Numbered from the stretch's first letter, positions 13,219 through 27,331 are shown. The stretch: 64,000 nucleotides of DNA from Octopus vulgaris (GCA_951406725.2 OX597820.1:71858001-71922000); one strand, 5' to 3'. Numbers and translations: made by a program. The notes: generated by a model from the letters alone, not told the origin.

Positions 13219-13500
13219 AGGCATAAGCAAGCTGTGTGGTAGGAAATTTACTTCTTAACCACATACTTTTAGGTTGAGAGCCATTGTGTGGCACCTTGGG
13301 CAAGTGTCTTCTGCAATAGGCCAGGACCAACGAAAGCCTTGTGTGTGGACTTGGTAGATGGAAATCAAAAGAAATTTGTCGTGTGTGTGTGTGTGTGTGT
13401 ATGCATTCTTGTTTTCTTGCCTTGACATTATGTGATAGTTGTAAATGAGCATCACTGTCATGCAAGCAGTGTCCTTTGTTTCTAATCTTCCATAAAAACC
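13219..13500 (+). mobile_element. tRNA-derived CORE-like SINE (family B, OR2-like)
   Basis: gctgtgtggtaggaa..cttaaccac..gtggcaccttgggcaagtgtcttc..aaagccttgtg.gtgga. Confidence 0.8.
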
Positions 13501-13753
13501 TACCCATAAAATAAACTTGGATGGTTAGAATATAGATTACTTTGGTTAAGTCAACCTGGGATTGTGTCTACTTTAATCCTTAGTGAGGAAACGGTTCATG
13601 TCTGGCCATGTGGAAATATTATCTTTTTTGGAAGTGAGTGAGGGCTGACAACAGAAAGGGCATCAGGAAATTTCATCCGGCACATGTAAGCATGGAAAAG
13701 TGGATAGTAAAATAATGATGATGATGGTGGTGGTGGTGATGATGATGATGATA

Positions 13754-13785
<32 letters not shown>

Positions 13786-14689
13786 ATGCATATATGTATA
13801 TTTTTTTGTCTTAATGACAGTTTTTCTGTACTAGCATGGGTTAGGCAAAGATGTATTTGACAGGGTTCATAAAGCAGGATGCTGTTCCTGTCACTAACCT
13901 TTATCTACTTTTCAAATAAGGGATTATTTTTATTCCAGTAGAATTTGGAAAGGCAGAGTTAACAGATGATTTGTTGATTGGAGATGTTAACAATTGTCAT
14001 CAGTGGCAGCCCAGTCACAAACAGTAGTGTCACTGTTTGTAGCTGATGAGTGTCTTTTAAACGTGTGTATCAGCAAAAGATAAAAACACTAGCAAAAATA
14101 ATGTTGTCATCACCATCCTCATCATCATCCGCCATTTTTTGCCAAGCTTACCATGCTATCTTAGGTCAAATGGATCATCTCAATCCAAGTCAGTTGTTAT
14201 TTAGAGTCACTGCCCTCCTAGATAGATTCCACTTTTGGCCAATGGCTGAATCTACATCCTAACATCAACCACTATACAGAGAATACTAGGTACATTTTAT
14301 CTTGACACAAGCACTAGAGAAGTTCTTATGTCTTTGGCAAGACTAAAGTGTCTCTCAAACCTATGTTGTCCATGTTCACTTGCTAACCACTTTGTGAAGT
14401 GTATTGGGTGCCTTTTATCATGACACCAGCATGAGTGAAAGTGTTTTGTACTTCACAAGACCAAAGAGTGTCCCCTATTCTACATTGTCTTGTTTATTGA
14501 ATACAGTGTGACCAAGAGGGTAAACAGAAGAGGGAGCAATGACTGAAGATTAACAAGGAAAAGGGGGAGGAAGAAAGAGAGTGAATGAGGCAAGAATGTG
14601 ATGGTAAAAATGAAAGGCGATAAAAAAAGGAGTAATAAAAAGGTTAGTGCAAGAAGAAGTAATGGAGAGACACAGTAATGAGAGAGATG

Positions 14690-14925
14690 CAGTGATGTTT
14701 ACTCATAAAGGAAGGAATGAGTGATAGATAGTCACAGAGAGGATAAGAAGCAATGATGGATGTTAATAAAAAGATAGAGTGATGGTTAAGTGTGCAGAAA
14801 GATAAGGTTTGCCACTTAGAGACAGCAGAGGTGGAAGTTACATGTAGAGAAGAGTGGTGGTAAGAGTGTGATGGATGTTAATAAAGAGTAACCTGGAGGT
14901 GAGGGAGAGTCATGGCTAACAGTAC
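14690..14925 (-). repeat. Purine-rich dispersed repeat, inverted relative to 21860-22095
   Basis: Its reverse complement aligns with 21860-22095 (gccat..ctct.cctca..aggttactc.ttatt.acatccatcac...gcaaaccttatcttt). Confidence 0.7.
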
Positions 14926-17900
14926 AGATGAATGATGGTGGTTGCAATTTCAAGTTTTTTTTTTCTATTAGTATCAAGAGCACAAGCTTTTGTTGCTAGA
15001 AATTTAGCTGTACCTCTGAGCACTTGTTTCCCTTGTGGTAGCCGTATAAAAGTGTTTATGTAAGATAAATGTTGATAGTATATACACTAAAACAAATATT
15101 CATCTAGTTCTGATGATTAATAAAAGACTCAACTTTGTATGCATTTCCTTTATATTTTGGCAAAGCATCAATAAAAATACAAAATTATTAAAATATGATA
15201 CTTAACATGTAGGTTTTACTTTGACAGAAATTTGAAATGAATTTTTTCTATATGAAATGCTAACATAAGAATCTCTTTGAAATATCAAATTTATTTCCAG
15301 CAACAGTAATACAAAATAAAATAATCTTATTTTTTTAATGCAAACATCCAAATGTCTAGTTTAGTATCAAGTATTACTTCAATAGATTTTTAGGTTTGAA
15401 TTTTCGCTAATGTTGATACAAAATATCAAATATTGCTTTCTGGTAAATGTTCACCCAATTAAGCTAACTGCTAGTTCATAAAGTAAGATAAATTATTATA
15501 TTAAAGCAAATTCTAACTTGCTATAAATATAATTAATAAAGAGCAAGGTGTTTCTCATATTTACTGATATAAGCAATCCCATGCAAACAATTAGATCCAG
15601 TTAATAATGTAAACTTAAACGTAGGCACAAAATCAGTAATGTTTAAAAGCAATTACCAATCATAATAGTAAATATTCTGCACACTTTGAAAATGTATCAA
15701 GCCATGTGTAAATATATAAATAAACAAACAAACACCTATCAACTCTTTAAATGAAATCTGAAATAAAATTATTTGTGAAAATCAAAGCAGAATTATTTTC
15801 AGTTTGACGAATCAGTATTTATTTGCTAATATATATAACATATCTGCTTATGTGTTTTCTATTATTAATGTGCAAACATTTAGTTGTAAAATTGCTTCCT
15901 TTGAAAGGTTATGCATATACTTAAAAAAATATGTTAGCATCTGACATTATTGTAAATATGTTGACAGAAATGCGGTTTATAAATAATCAATAATTTAATT
16001 AATCATTTACTTATTACATAGTTCTCTTCAGTTCGATAACACTGCTATTTCATTTGTATGCTTTCTAATCATTTTCTATTCATCATATTCTTTCTCTTTA
16101 ACTAAGCCACACAGTTTAATATATGCATATGTTAAGTGCAGCTTGAATATACTTACGTAATATACCAAATTTAAGATAGAAATGATTTTCATCAGTGACA
16201 GCTTTGTTTTTACAAATTATATCTTATATGTGAATGAAAGTCTTGTATTTAATGTAAAAAAATAAATAAATAAAAGAGCTTTTCAAATTTCCTACTGATT
16301 CTTGCTCTCAGTAATACAGCTGACAGAAAAAGCAAGTAAACATATTTCGATATCTTTCTAGTCTTTCAGCTGTAGTCACAGTCGTTTGTAATGTGACTTC
16401 TGTATTTGTTCATTTTCAATTGATTCAGAATTTCCATTCTTGTGCACAGTCACTTTCACTACAACCAAGGAGTTACATCTCACCTAAAGTGTATTTGAAG
16501 TGATGTAACTCAGAACGCTATCAAGAAGGCTCAGTTATTCAGCATTATCAGACTGTCTGGAAAATATAACTTTCAATTTTTATTCAAACTGTGGCAAAGA
16601 AGCTGCTGTTGGATTTTAGCAGATGTATAGGTCACAAGAACTTCAGATACACAGACTATTTGACAGCTGAATAATCATGAACTTAAATCCAGGGATTGTT
16701 TGGATTGTACAATATAGATTGAAATATGATGATTGTTGTGGCATTGGTAGAAGAAAATAGCTTGGGACTTATAAAGTATGGGAGACAAGAAAGATAAAAT
16801 ATTTCACTTTACAGATACAATCATTTATATAAGATGTATAAAAAGCTAAGACATGATGACAATAGAAGCTGCAAACTCTTTTTATAGTTGCAGAGGTGTT
16901 AAAATGTGTTAAAGGAAGGAAACTAAATACTTATTTAAGTGACAATAAAGTCCATATGAATACTGGCTTCAGATGGAGATAAACATTGCATAGTTTATAT
17001 GCCTTATGATACAAATGTAAGTTCTAAATATGGATATAACAATTCTACTTTACATTTTATAATCCAGAAGTCTTTGACTGGGTCCCATTTCTATATCCTG
17101 ATTGGTAATAAAAGCTGTCTGGATATCAGGATTTGAATTACTGAAGAATGTGTGTATTGGTTTGAATCTTCTAGTGATCTGTCTTCAGCTTACTTACCTT
17201 CACCCTAGTTATTGGGAAAATCCCTGGATATTGTTAACTTTTGAACAAACAATATTAGAACAAGCAAAAAATATTGAAGTAGATATGTGAGTAGGGTGGG
17301 AGTGGTTTACAAAATTGTTATTTCTGTCAGCATCAATATTTTTTCTCAGAGCAAAAGACATTATTCAGAAGGAATAAAAAAAAAAGTATAATGCTATATT
17401 TCAATGACTCTGGTAACTGTGGTAACTAGAGACAAATTATTCGAATATTATCATTTGTATATACAATGAGAGAAGCTAAATGGAAGTGTAATGAAAATTG
17501 ATATTACTACTTGAGAAAAAAAATGATATTAGTTTTCCAGAAAAAAAGGAAAGAAATAATATAAATTATATGGAGATCTAAGACAGTCGATAAAAGGGCA
17601 AAAAGGTTTTTATTTACATTTCTCTATGTTCTTTTATTATTACATTGCTCAGATAAGTAGATAACAATCTGTTTACTGTTGCAAAATAAATACTGGTAAT
17701 ACAAAATATTTATTTTGATTGAAATAATAATTGTGAAGTATAGCTGAAATAATAATTTTATCTTTACACTTTTAGTTAGATGTGAACATGCTTTTAAAAA
17801 TTTATTTGTATGAATATGTTTCAAATTAGGTGTTTATTAAAGAGAACCTTTCTAAATCTGGATTATATTAAACTGAAAATTAAGCTGTTGATATTTCAGT

Positions 17901-18717
17901 GAATTATTTCAAACTTGTTATTACCAACATGCTGTAACCCCCATATGCATATATATGATGAAAAGCATTCTAATTATTCAGGGATGGTGTCCCAAGGACC
18001 ACATTAGCCAATGTAAACTTTCTTTCTTTTTATAAATTGTGATTTCAGGGCGGTTTGAGTGATATTTCTAGCTGTTCAAAATATAAAAATATAAATAAAA
18101 TAAATGTAACAACTTGCTAGTTTTTCTTCCAGTCTGTTTCAATTTTGCTTATTCTATCTCATAAATTTATCTCAGAATAAGTTGTTTAATTTAATAAAGA
18201 AGAGTTCTCTTTTTTATTTATGATTTTAATATATTCTCTTTTTTTATTACCCTTGTATAAACGGCTTCAACACACCTATATTTAATCTAATCTTCCTACC
18301 CAAATGCAAACTTGCATTCCATAAAAAACACATGTAATCTCCATAAAATTTTTTCCTGATGTCATATGTTGGTCTGTTAAAATCCAAATAACTGTCTTAC
18401 TAGATCTTCCTTTACTCACAACTTTTATTTTATTCTAACACAAACATTTTTGTCCTTAAAAAGTGAATTTGATGTCTAACATATACTGTATCTGAATTTC
18501 ATCAAGAACTTCTTTATCTGCTGAAGTTCGGTCTTGTTCTTGTATGCATATTACTTTCATTTACCACCTCTTTCTATTCCAACTTTATTTAATCTATCCA
18601 GTTAGTTATCTATTTGTTAAATTTTATTCATTTAATTAATTTTTTATACCTTTTGTCTCCCCTCTTCTCCTTAAGTACCTACTTTTCCATTAAACTTTGA
18701 AAATTTGCAGTTTCTGG

Positions 18718-18975
18718 TGAGTGTGCTGGTGGCACATCTGTGCCAGTGACATGTAAAAGGTACCTGTGCCAATGACACGTAAAAGACACCCATACCAGTG
18801 ACATGTAAAAGACACCCAGTACACTCTATGGAGTGGTTGGCATTAGGAAAGGCATCCAGAAGTAAAAACCAAGTCAAAACAGACTGGAGCCTCATGCAGC
18901 TCTCCAGCTTACCAGTTCCAGTCACTGGTGTCTTTCATGTAACCCATGCCAGCATGGAAAGCAGATGCTAAATGG
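18718..18975 (+). mobile_element. RTE 3' UTR fragment (family C)
   Basis: Tandem gtgccagtgacatgtaaaa units, gagtggttggcattaggaaaggcatccag, and aacccatgccagcatggaaa. Confidence 0.85.
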
Positions 18976-19052
18976 CAATTCTATTTCAGAATAATGTGAT
19001 TTCAACAGCTACTGTTAACATTTTCAGTCAAAGAACTATAGTCACTTTAAAT

Positions 19053-19247
19053 CAGTGGGGGTCCATATAAGATTTTGCTGTTAAAATTTATGTGCAATAT
19101 ACTGGTTAAACTTCTATATTACACAATTTTTTTTTTTTTTTTTTTTACACAATTCTTAATATTTAATTATAAAAATATAATAATCTGCATTTTTAAACAC
19201 TGAATGGCCATGAGGGTCCACCGATTTCAAATTGTTGAGAACCACTG
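19053..19247. mobile_element. hAT-type MITE with 8-bp TSD
   Basis: Ends are cagtgg... and ...gttgagaaccactg, flanked by ctttaaat (19045-52) and ctctaaat (19248-55). Confidence 0.7.
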
Positions 19248-20019
19248 CTCTAAATGGTAAATAGTCAAATGTTAACTGGGGGTTTTGTCCAGTTAGGCAA
19301 CCTTACTACTGTACATTAGAATATTATGGCTCTCTTTTCTTTTAGGAGTGGGCAAGGGTGGTAAGCTCAACAGATCCGCCTGTACAATACTACATTTAGC
19401 TTTTGGGTGCCTTCTGCAGAATTCGCACTTTCAGGATAACATGGTCTTTTGATATGTTATTTTCTACAGCAGTTTCATAACATAGTAACACTATTTATCA
19501 GAGAGTACAGATGGAGAAAAATTCCTAGCAGTGGCCTTCCACTGGTAGTTGCTGGTCTGGTGCTGTAGGAAACACCTTGAGAAGCTTCCTGTTAATTGGC
19601 ATGTAATCTCCGACTGACTTCTTCTCACTCACTTCATGCTCTGCTCAGAGAGCAACAAGAATTTGAGAAGTTTTCATGTGGCTTCTGACATCCAGCATGA
19701 CTATTTCCAGAGATAGAGATAGTGATTAGTGACAACTCATGAGTTATGGCTTCCTCTTTCCTTTTATAGAAATGTCATTAAATGAAAATGAAAACTAATT
19801 AGAATAAGGTTAATTTTTCCCTCTTATATAGCAAAGCTGTGAACTTTGATCTTGTCTGAACCCCTTCTAGCTACACTTACTTAAAGTCAGCCCTCTAAAT
19901 TCTTCTGCTGTCTCTGCTGTTTTCCAAACTCATCCGGCTGCAATAAACTGTTTGATTATTTCATATTCTTCATTGAAGATATCTATCTCATATCACCCTT
20001 CTCTGAAGTCTTTCTCCTT

Positions 20020-21500
20020 CATCATCATCTTCATCATCATCATCATCATTTAATGTCCACTTTCCATGCTGACACAGGTTGGATGGTTTAACTTAGAGCT
20101 GGGTAGCTGGGAGCTGTCTAGACTCCAAGTCTGTTGTAGCATGGTTTCTATGGTTGGATGCTTTCTACATGCTATTGGTATAGGTGCATTTACACAGCAC
20201 CAGCACAGGTGCATTCATGCAGTACTGACACAAGTGCTTTTTATGTGGCACCAACACCTGAAAGGATGAGCCTGTATATGTGGAAGAGAGCGATTTTACT
20301 TAGCTTGATACATCTTATCAAGCAGAGCAAATCACTACATCTCCCAGTCCCTTGTTATTTCCTCAGTGAGATCTCCAGTATTCTAAGATCCTTTCTCACC
20401 ACTTCGGCCCACGTCTTCCTGAGTCTATTCCTTCCACAGATACCCTCCACAATTAGAGCTCAACATTTCTTTATGCATCTTTCCTCATCCATATTCATCA
20501 CATGACTGAACTAGTCCAGTCTTCTCCCTTGCACACAACATTTGACGCATCTTATACCCAGTTTTCCTTTTAAATCATTTACACTCTGTTGTGCATGCAC
20601 ACAGATATTACCCATCCAGCAGAGCATGCTAGCTTCATTTCTTTCAAGCTTTCACAAGTCCTCTGTCATCAAAGCCCATGTTTCATTGCCATGTAATATA
20701 GCTGTAGATACACAGGCATCATACAATCTGCCTTTCACTCTGAAGGAGAAGCCCTTAGTCACCAACAAAGGTAGAAGCTCTCTAAATTTCTAATGATCCA
20801 CCCAAGCATTGAGGGAGCTTATTGTCTGTGCATTTTTAGTGTTTATTGTACCTGCACATGTGCCTCACACAAATACTATATTCTCCAATAACTTTCCTCT
20901 GATACCATTACATCTCTTATGTGTCCAAAGCTTGCAGTGAGTACAATGTATAGAGTTCCTACCAACACCCTTCTTACATATCAAGCAGGGCCATCTCCCA
21001 AAAGGGAGTTGTGATTTGTCTTTTTTCTTATTTACTAGGTCTTTGGTTTTTACTAAATTTATTCTAAGACCCTTAGATTTTAGGCCTTATTTCCATACCT
21101 GAAATTTCTTCTCTAGGTCAGGTAGTGATTCAGCAATAAGGACAAGGTCAAGAGCATAGATTTGCTGCCAGGGACAGCCATCTTGAATTCCTCTGTTAAG
21201 GCTTGGAGGACTAACATAAACAAGTGGGGCCTGAGAACTGAACATTGGAGAACTCCTACTTGTACACCAAATTCATTGCTATACTCATTACCAACCTTCA
21301 CCTTACTGGCAGCTTGTACCACTCTCACTAACCACTCATCTACCTCTAGCTTTCACATTGACCACCAGATAAGGAAGTGGGGGACTCTATCAAAGGCTTT
21401 CTCCATGTCATGAAAGGCGGGTACAGAGGTTTATTTTTGGCTAAATACTTCCCCTGCAGTTGCCTAACCAAGAATATAGCATCATCCTTGGTGGGTTTAA
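20020..21500 (-). mobile_element. Decayed RTE-clade LINE (RT domain to 3' tail) containing a PHD finger
   Basis: Minus-strand motifs are DAIFLVRQLQGKY..DMEKAFDRVPH, GVQVGVLQCSVLRPHLF, PWQQIYALDLVL (YADD), KGRLYDACV..HGNETW and GICGRNRLRKTW. These are followed by the family C UTR and a (GAT)n tail at about 20020-20050. Confidence 0.93.
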
Positions 21501-21506
21501 TATTTA

Positions 21507-21742
21507 TGCAGTGAGCTGGCAGAAATGTTAGCATGCTGGGTGAAATGTTTGGTGGTATTTCATCTGCCATTATGTTCTGAGTTCAAATTCCACCAAAGTT
21601 GTCTTTGCCTTTCATCCTTTTGGGGAGTGATTAAATAAGTACCAGTTATGCACTGAGGTCGATGTAATCCACTTAATCCCTTTGTCTGTTCTTGTTTGTC
21701 CCCTCTATGTTTAGCCCCTTGTGGGCAATAAAGAAATAAATA
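21507..21742 (+). mobile_element. Full-length SINE family A copy
   Basis: Head and core as above, plus the tail tttgtctgttcttgtttgtcccctctatgtttagccccttgtgggcaataaagaaata. Confidence 0.9.
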
Positions 21743-21859
21743 TTTATGGTTGCATCTTTTGGCTTTTGCATTCCACTTGCACTGATGCTGTTGATTTCCA
21801 AACCTGAACAACACTCATATATTTAACTCTAAATATATTGGATCTTTTACTCTCCTAAT

Positions 21860-22095
21860 TAAAGCCATCACTCTTCCTCATCTCTCTAGGTTACTCATTA
21901 TTGACATCCATCACTCTATTACCATCCAACATCTCTACACATATCTACCACTTGCACCGTTTCCTTGCAGCAAACCTTATCTTTTGGCACTCTTGTCTCC
22001 CAGGCTGTTTTTTATTGACATCCATCACTGTCTCTTATCATCTCTATGACAACCAATCACTTATTCTTTCTCTCTCACAAGCAAGCATCTTATCT
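21860..22095 (+). repeat. Pyrimidine-rich dispersed repeat (partner of 14690-14925)
   Basis: Aligns with the reverse complement of 14690-14925. Confidence 0.7.
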
Positions 22096-23859
22096 CTTTT
22101 GTCAACACAAAGACATATGCTCATATCCTTCACCCACTCTACATGTGGCTGATATTCAATTAAAATCCCCCACTGTTATAAATGCTAGACTTCACCATAT
22201 CTGATGAGCTTCTCTGTTCACTCCACATAAATAACAGCTAAAATAGCATCCTTAACTCTACTCTTACTTATCAGAATCAGAAACACTTCAGTACCAAACA
22301 GTTATTGACTCACTTCAAAGCACAAGACATGCAAGTGAGTATTGGTAGCTTATCTGCATGTGTGTTGCAGCTGTTATGCATATAAACTTTCTTGACCACA
22401 TACAAAAGAAAACTGTCTCATTGATTTGCAAAGACTCACTCATCGACACACCATGACTCTGACCCAAAGGCATTGCATCTCCCCTCTTTCTCTCTCTCTC
22501 TCTCTCTGTGCCTATTTCAAAACTTCTTGTATAGTGTCTGCTCCTCTGAATTACTTGTTACATATCACCCTCATCCTTCATGACTGTATCCAGGCTCTAC
22601 ATTAACCATTATGTGCAAATTTTTACTTCCCTAAATGCCAGCCCTCTGCAATTTCCTCTCTTGCTATGTTCTTCCTATAAATATCATCTTACAGGTCTTG
22701 AAGTTGAACATAAATCACGTGACCCTTCAGTATCCCTTTTCTCTCAACTATGCCCCAATATGTAAAATGGATTGTAGTGGTCTACTAGTGTGAAATGTAC
22801 AGAGGATTCAGTAATGCTAGGTAGGGCTGAATAATGTTTACTGTCAGTACTTGAGGACTGGGAATAAGAAACATGCACAGACTTAGCTTTGTACTCACAC
22901 TTGCATGTACGCATGCATGCATACATGCTCACACACATACTCAAACGAATACACACGTAAATACTTTACAAATATATTAGGAACATTTCTTCAAGCAAGT
23001 GCTCTCTAAAATATAAATAAATTCCAATTTATTGGGTTATATGATAAACTATATTGCTTAAGCAAACTGATACTTGAAAACACAAATGATACATTTTTGA
23101 ATTGGTCCTAATGTGCTTTGAGCAATTACCATCTATTATATCCCCAGGTAACCCAAAGACTTGTTTATTTATTTATTTATTGAACATCACATTTATTGCT
23201 TATATATTAACTATCCTATAGACTTGGGTTTTTATTCATTGCCAGAAACTATTTCAGCTCTGAACAGTTTTGGCAATATAGTGTACTCTACTTTTTAGAG
23301 TACCACACATAAATCTGGGTCAGTGATGCTGTTACAAACACCAAAACAGAAACGCCATTGAGTTGACTGCCAAATATGTTACAACCACTAGCACACTAAC
23401 ATACTGTTATCTTCTTTTACTTTCACTTTTACTTTTACAGCAGTTTCTACACTTCTGAGCCAGTACACTGTATAATACCATTAATCCAACCTGTTTAAGC
23501 TGTCTTTCCTCTAGTCCCTGTCCCACTGTTTTAACCAGCATATTGAACATTTCACTGAGCCCTTCTTCTCAGGACTGCAACCATTTGAAGCTAGTTTCCT
23601 GTAGTCAATCAGCTAGCAGCAAATGCTGAGGTAATCTCTAGGAGAGATCAGCCAGCTCTCTCTCATTAGGTAATGTAGACTTGATACACTGGAAAGAAGA
23701 TGAGTTTGTGGCTGACTTAGAGTTAAACGGCAACAGTCTGCAAAATTTCAATCTGAATATCTCCTGCCTTTGCCCTCCCAGTTTGGGTGTTTCATTTATT
23801 TACCTTTTATTTGTTTTGTGTAATGCTTGGGTTTGTAGTTTTGCAAGCTGCACGGTGAC

Positions 23860-24045
23860 CTCAATAATGCTGGTCGTATAAATAAAAGCACAGAGTACAT
23901 GCTGTAAAGTTGTTGGCATTAGGAAGGGCATCCAACTGTAGAAACCATGCCAAGGCAAACACTGGAACTCAATGCAATCCTTGGGCCCTTTGGACCCTGC
24001 CAAACCATCCAAACCATGGGACATGAACATTAAATGATGATAATG
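23860..24045 (+). mobile_element. RTE 3' UTR fragment (family C)
   Basis: gttggcattaggaagggcatccaactgtagaaaccatgcc...ccatccaaaccatgg..attaaatgatgat. Confidence 0.8.
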
Positions 24046-24409
24046 ATTTCCATACATTAGGTAAAAAAAAAACTGTTAAAAATTTGAAATGTTGAAAGTA
24101 TTTGTTTTTAAATAGAAAAGGAAGGTAATAAAGTTAATAGCAGATATGAGAAGGATAGTATTTTTCTATTTGCTTTGCCTCCCCACTCCTACCCATCACA
24201 ATATGAGTTTGCTGAATCTTATCAGTTGAGCTTTTGGGCCACAAAAATCCATGTTGCTTTAGAAATATATAAATAATTTAGAGTAAAGATGATAGGGGTT
24301 TTATTTATTTTTAGCTCCAGTATCTGTTTATTGAGTAAGACGTGTAGTAACTTTCTCATTAGCACATAATGGATGATGTATCTTACAATAATTATCGTCT
24401 TCTTTAAGA

Positions 24410-24635
24410 GCATTGGATTGGCAAAATCATTAGAGTGTTGTACATGATATTTTATGGTGTTTATTCATGACCCTTTACATTCTGAGTTAAAATCCTGCCA
24501 AGGTCGACCTATTTTGCCTTTCATCTTTCTGAGGTTGATAGAATAAAGTAGCAGTCAAACACTAGGGTTGATTTAATTGACTAAACTTCTTCAAACTTTG
24601 TAGTTTTGTGACAATATTTAGAAATCAATAATTAT
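24410..24635 (+). mobile_element. SINE family A copy (diverged)
   Basis: ttacattctgagttaaaatcctgccaaggtcgacc..ttgcctttcatc. Confidence 0.75.
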
Positions 24636-26027
24636 TATGTATTTCATTATAGGTGACCTTCTCAATCTATATAAAACAATTGCCAGAATATCTTGCTTAT
24701 ACAACAAATCTTCAATGATTAAAAGGAAATTTCTAATATTGTTGATCCATCTAAAGTATGTTAGAATGAAGACACGTAATCTATATTGTGAAATAAAATG
24801 TCAATTTAATCAGATGGAAGATTGTTATTCACTTACATCATAAAGAAAATCATGTGGTGGACATTTAAATGCCCTAAAAGATAAATACTTTTTAACATCC
24901 ATGTACTGGGCTTATTTCAATTCTGATTAATTTTCTGCTAAATGAATCCTTGAAACTAAAATTACGAAATGTCTTGCATTATTTAAAACAGGTTTAATAC
25001 TTATGTAGCATTTTCATTTTTGTCATCTTATAATAGAAACTCTAGCAGTTTGTACACTTAATTGAACACAATTGAATTTCTAATTTAGAAAGAAATAACT
25101 ATTTCTGTTCCTTTATTTAATTCTAAGCAGATTATGCTGACTGTAGAAAATAGCACATGCAACATATTGAAAGAATCTTTGAAATGAAGATTTCTCATAT
25201 TCTATTTTTAAAACATTGTTCAGATTTTCTAAACCCAACATAAGGTATTTTTAAAGCTGGCTATTTCTATTAATGGTTAAAATATGATCAAAATTTCTCA
25301 TGATTTTCTAATGAATAGTTCATTGATGACAACATTTTCAATAGTTAATTAAAATACTTTGTAGAATATCTTTGCTATCATTAGTGATATAAAATATCTA
25401 ATGGGATACAGCAGATTTTAAGTATAAGAGTAGATGAGCTTTAGATAACTCCAATTTCAAAGATCTTTTCTTAACAGTGTGACATTTTTTATACTTTTTA
25501 TGATAAACTCATTTGTTGGAACAATGATATTTGATGTATTCAAAGAATTAGCATTTGAAATTTTCATTGAATTGCTAGATACAAGAGGACAAAACAACAC
25601 AACGGCTTGCATGTTACACATTATTAATGGTTTATTATCATAAAGAAACAACTGACTGCACTGAAGAGCTAATCAACATATTATGCTAAAAACAATTCAA
25701 GTTCTAATAGAATTTTCATGTGAAATTTCTATTTTATTAACTATGGCAAACATTTTTTTCTTTTTGCTATAACTTTATATTCTAGCTTCATGCTAACGTA
25801 GGCTAGTTGTATCTGAAATTTTGGATACATACAAGTCTTGGGGCACACTAATTACAAGTGGATGTTTTTTCCAAATTTTTTATTCAGTTGTGAAGTGGAA
25901 CTTTTTAACTGAATTAAAATTTTGAATACAACACATTGCCAGTGGCAAGATTGAAACTCATGGTTACTAACATTTAGCACTTTAGCTATTAAATCACAAA
26001 ATTTCCATTCAATAATTACGTATTTAT

Positions 26028-26425
26028 AAGCTGGTCAAATCGTTAGCATGCTGGGCAAAATGCCAAACAGCATATCATCTAACTTTATGTTCTGAGTTTG
26101 CATTTCATTTAGGTTGACTTTGTCTTTCATCCTTTCAGGGTCGATGAAATAAGTATCAGTTAAGTGTGGTCCACTTACTCCCTCCAAGAAATTTCTGGCC
26201 TTGTGCCAAAATTTGAAACTAATAATTATGTATTTATAAGGCAGTGAGCTAGCTGGCAGAATTGTTAGCATGCTGGGCAAAATGCTTAAATTCTGGTGAG
26301 GTTGACTTTGTCTTTCATTCTTTTGGGATTGATAAAATACTTACCAGCTGAGCACTGGGGTGAATGTAGAGGACTCACCCCCTTCATGAAATTGCTGGCC
26401 TTGTGCCAAAATTTGAAACCAGTAA
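26028..26425 (+). mobile_element. Two tandem SINE family A copies
   Basis: Two units of gctgg..aat.gttagcatgctgggcaaaatgc..ggttgactttgtctttcat..ccttgtgccaaaatttgaaac. Confidence 0.85.
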
Positions 26426-27299
26426 TTGTATATCTATAGTTCATAGAGGGCATTTGCACTGCAAATGAAGTTGAAAGGGGCTAAATAAAACTCTATGACA
26501 GGATACTTAGGACTAATATTTACTATGCAAAAGAAAATTAAAAATAGCTATATTTGGAAAGAAGCAAAGTCACTTAACCATTACAGACACAAATTTTAGA
26601 AGCTGTGTGATGGTGGTGGCAGTGGTGGTGACAACAACAATAATGGAAAAATGTAGTCACGCAGCATTTTGATTTTATTTTTGAACACAAAAACTTTAAT
26701 TATTTCTCACAGTTTTATATGTTTGAAATCACACAAACATTTATTTTCTGCTTGTTATGGTAATATTTTCAATGATTTCAAAATCTTCTGCAAAAATATT
26801 GAGAAATATCTCTTTTGTGGCTGTGTGTATGTGTGTTTAGGAAAAATCATGAAAGATGTAAGAGATTTTGTTTACAACAAAATGATATTTATAATATTGT
26901 ATGAATCCTGATTATAGAGCTTTAGTACAACGAAGGCTGCTTTAGTGTGCTTCAGCAGTTTTTGATATGCTTATCACAAGGCAAAGTCAGATGTTTGCAA
27001 GAGATTTCCATCATGTATGGCTGGCTTGTTTAAATCTTATCAGATATTGAGATTTCTCAATACATTCTGCTCAATCCTAATACACTCCCACAGCAAAGCT
27101 ATTGCTTGATTTTTACCAGCAGTGTACTTAAAAGAATAATTCTTCTTTTCAGAATAAAGGAAGTTTGAACAATAAACTAACTTAAAGGGTATACATTTAT
27201 TTACAAATATCTATTGAGAAAATATATGATATTGATTTTTAGAACTGTTGTATCATTTCTACCATATTCGTTAAAATTTCTTTTGTGTGTTTGTGTGTG

Positions 27300-27331
<32 letters not shown>

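Noticed and set aside
22195-22255. CTGATGA..AAAA possible hammerhead
   Set aside because: GAAA is absent and there is no stem I complement. It is too decayed to call.
25457-25651. ORFs on both strands in unique sequence
   Set aside because: No recognisable domain and no complete exon structure.
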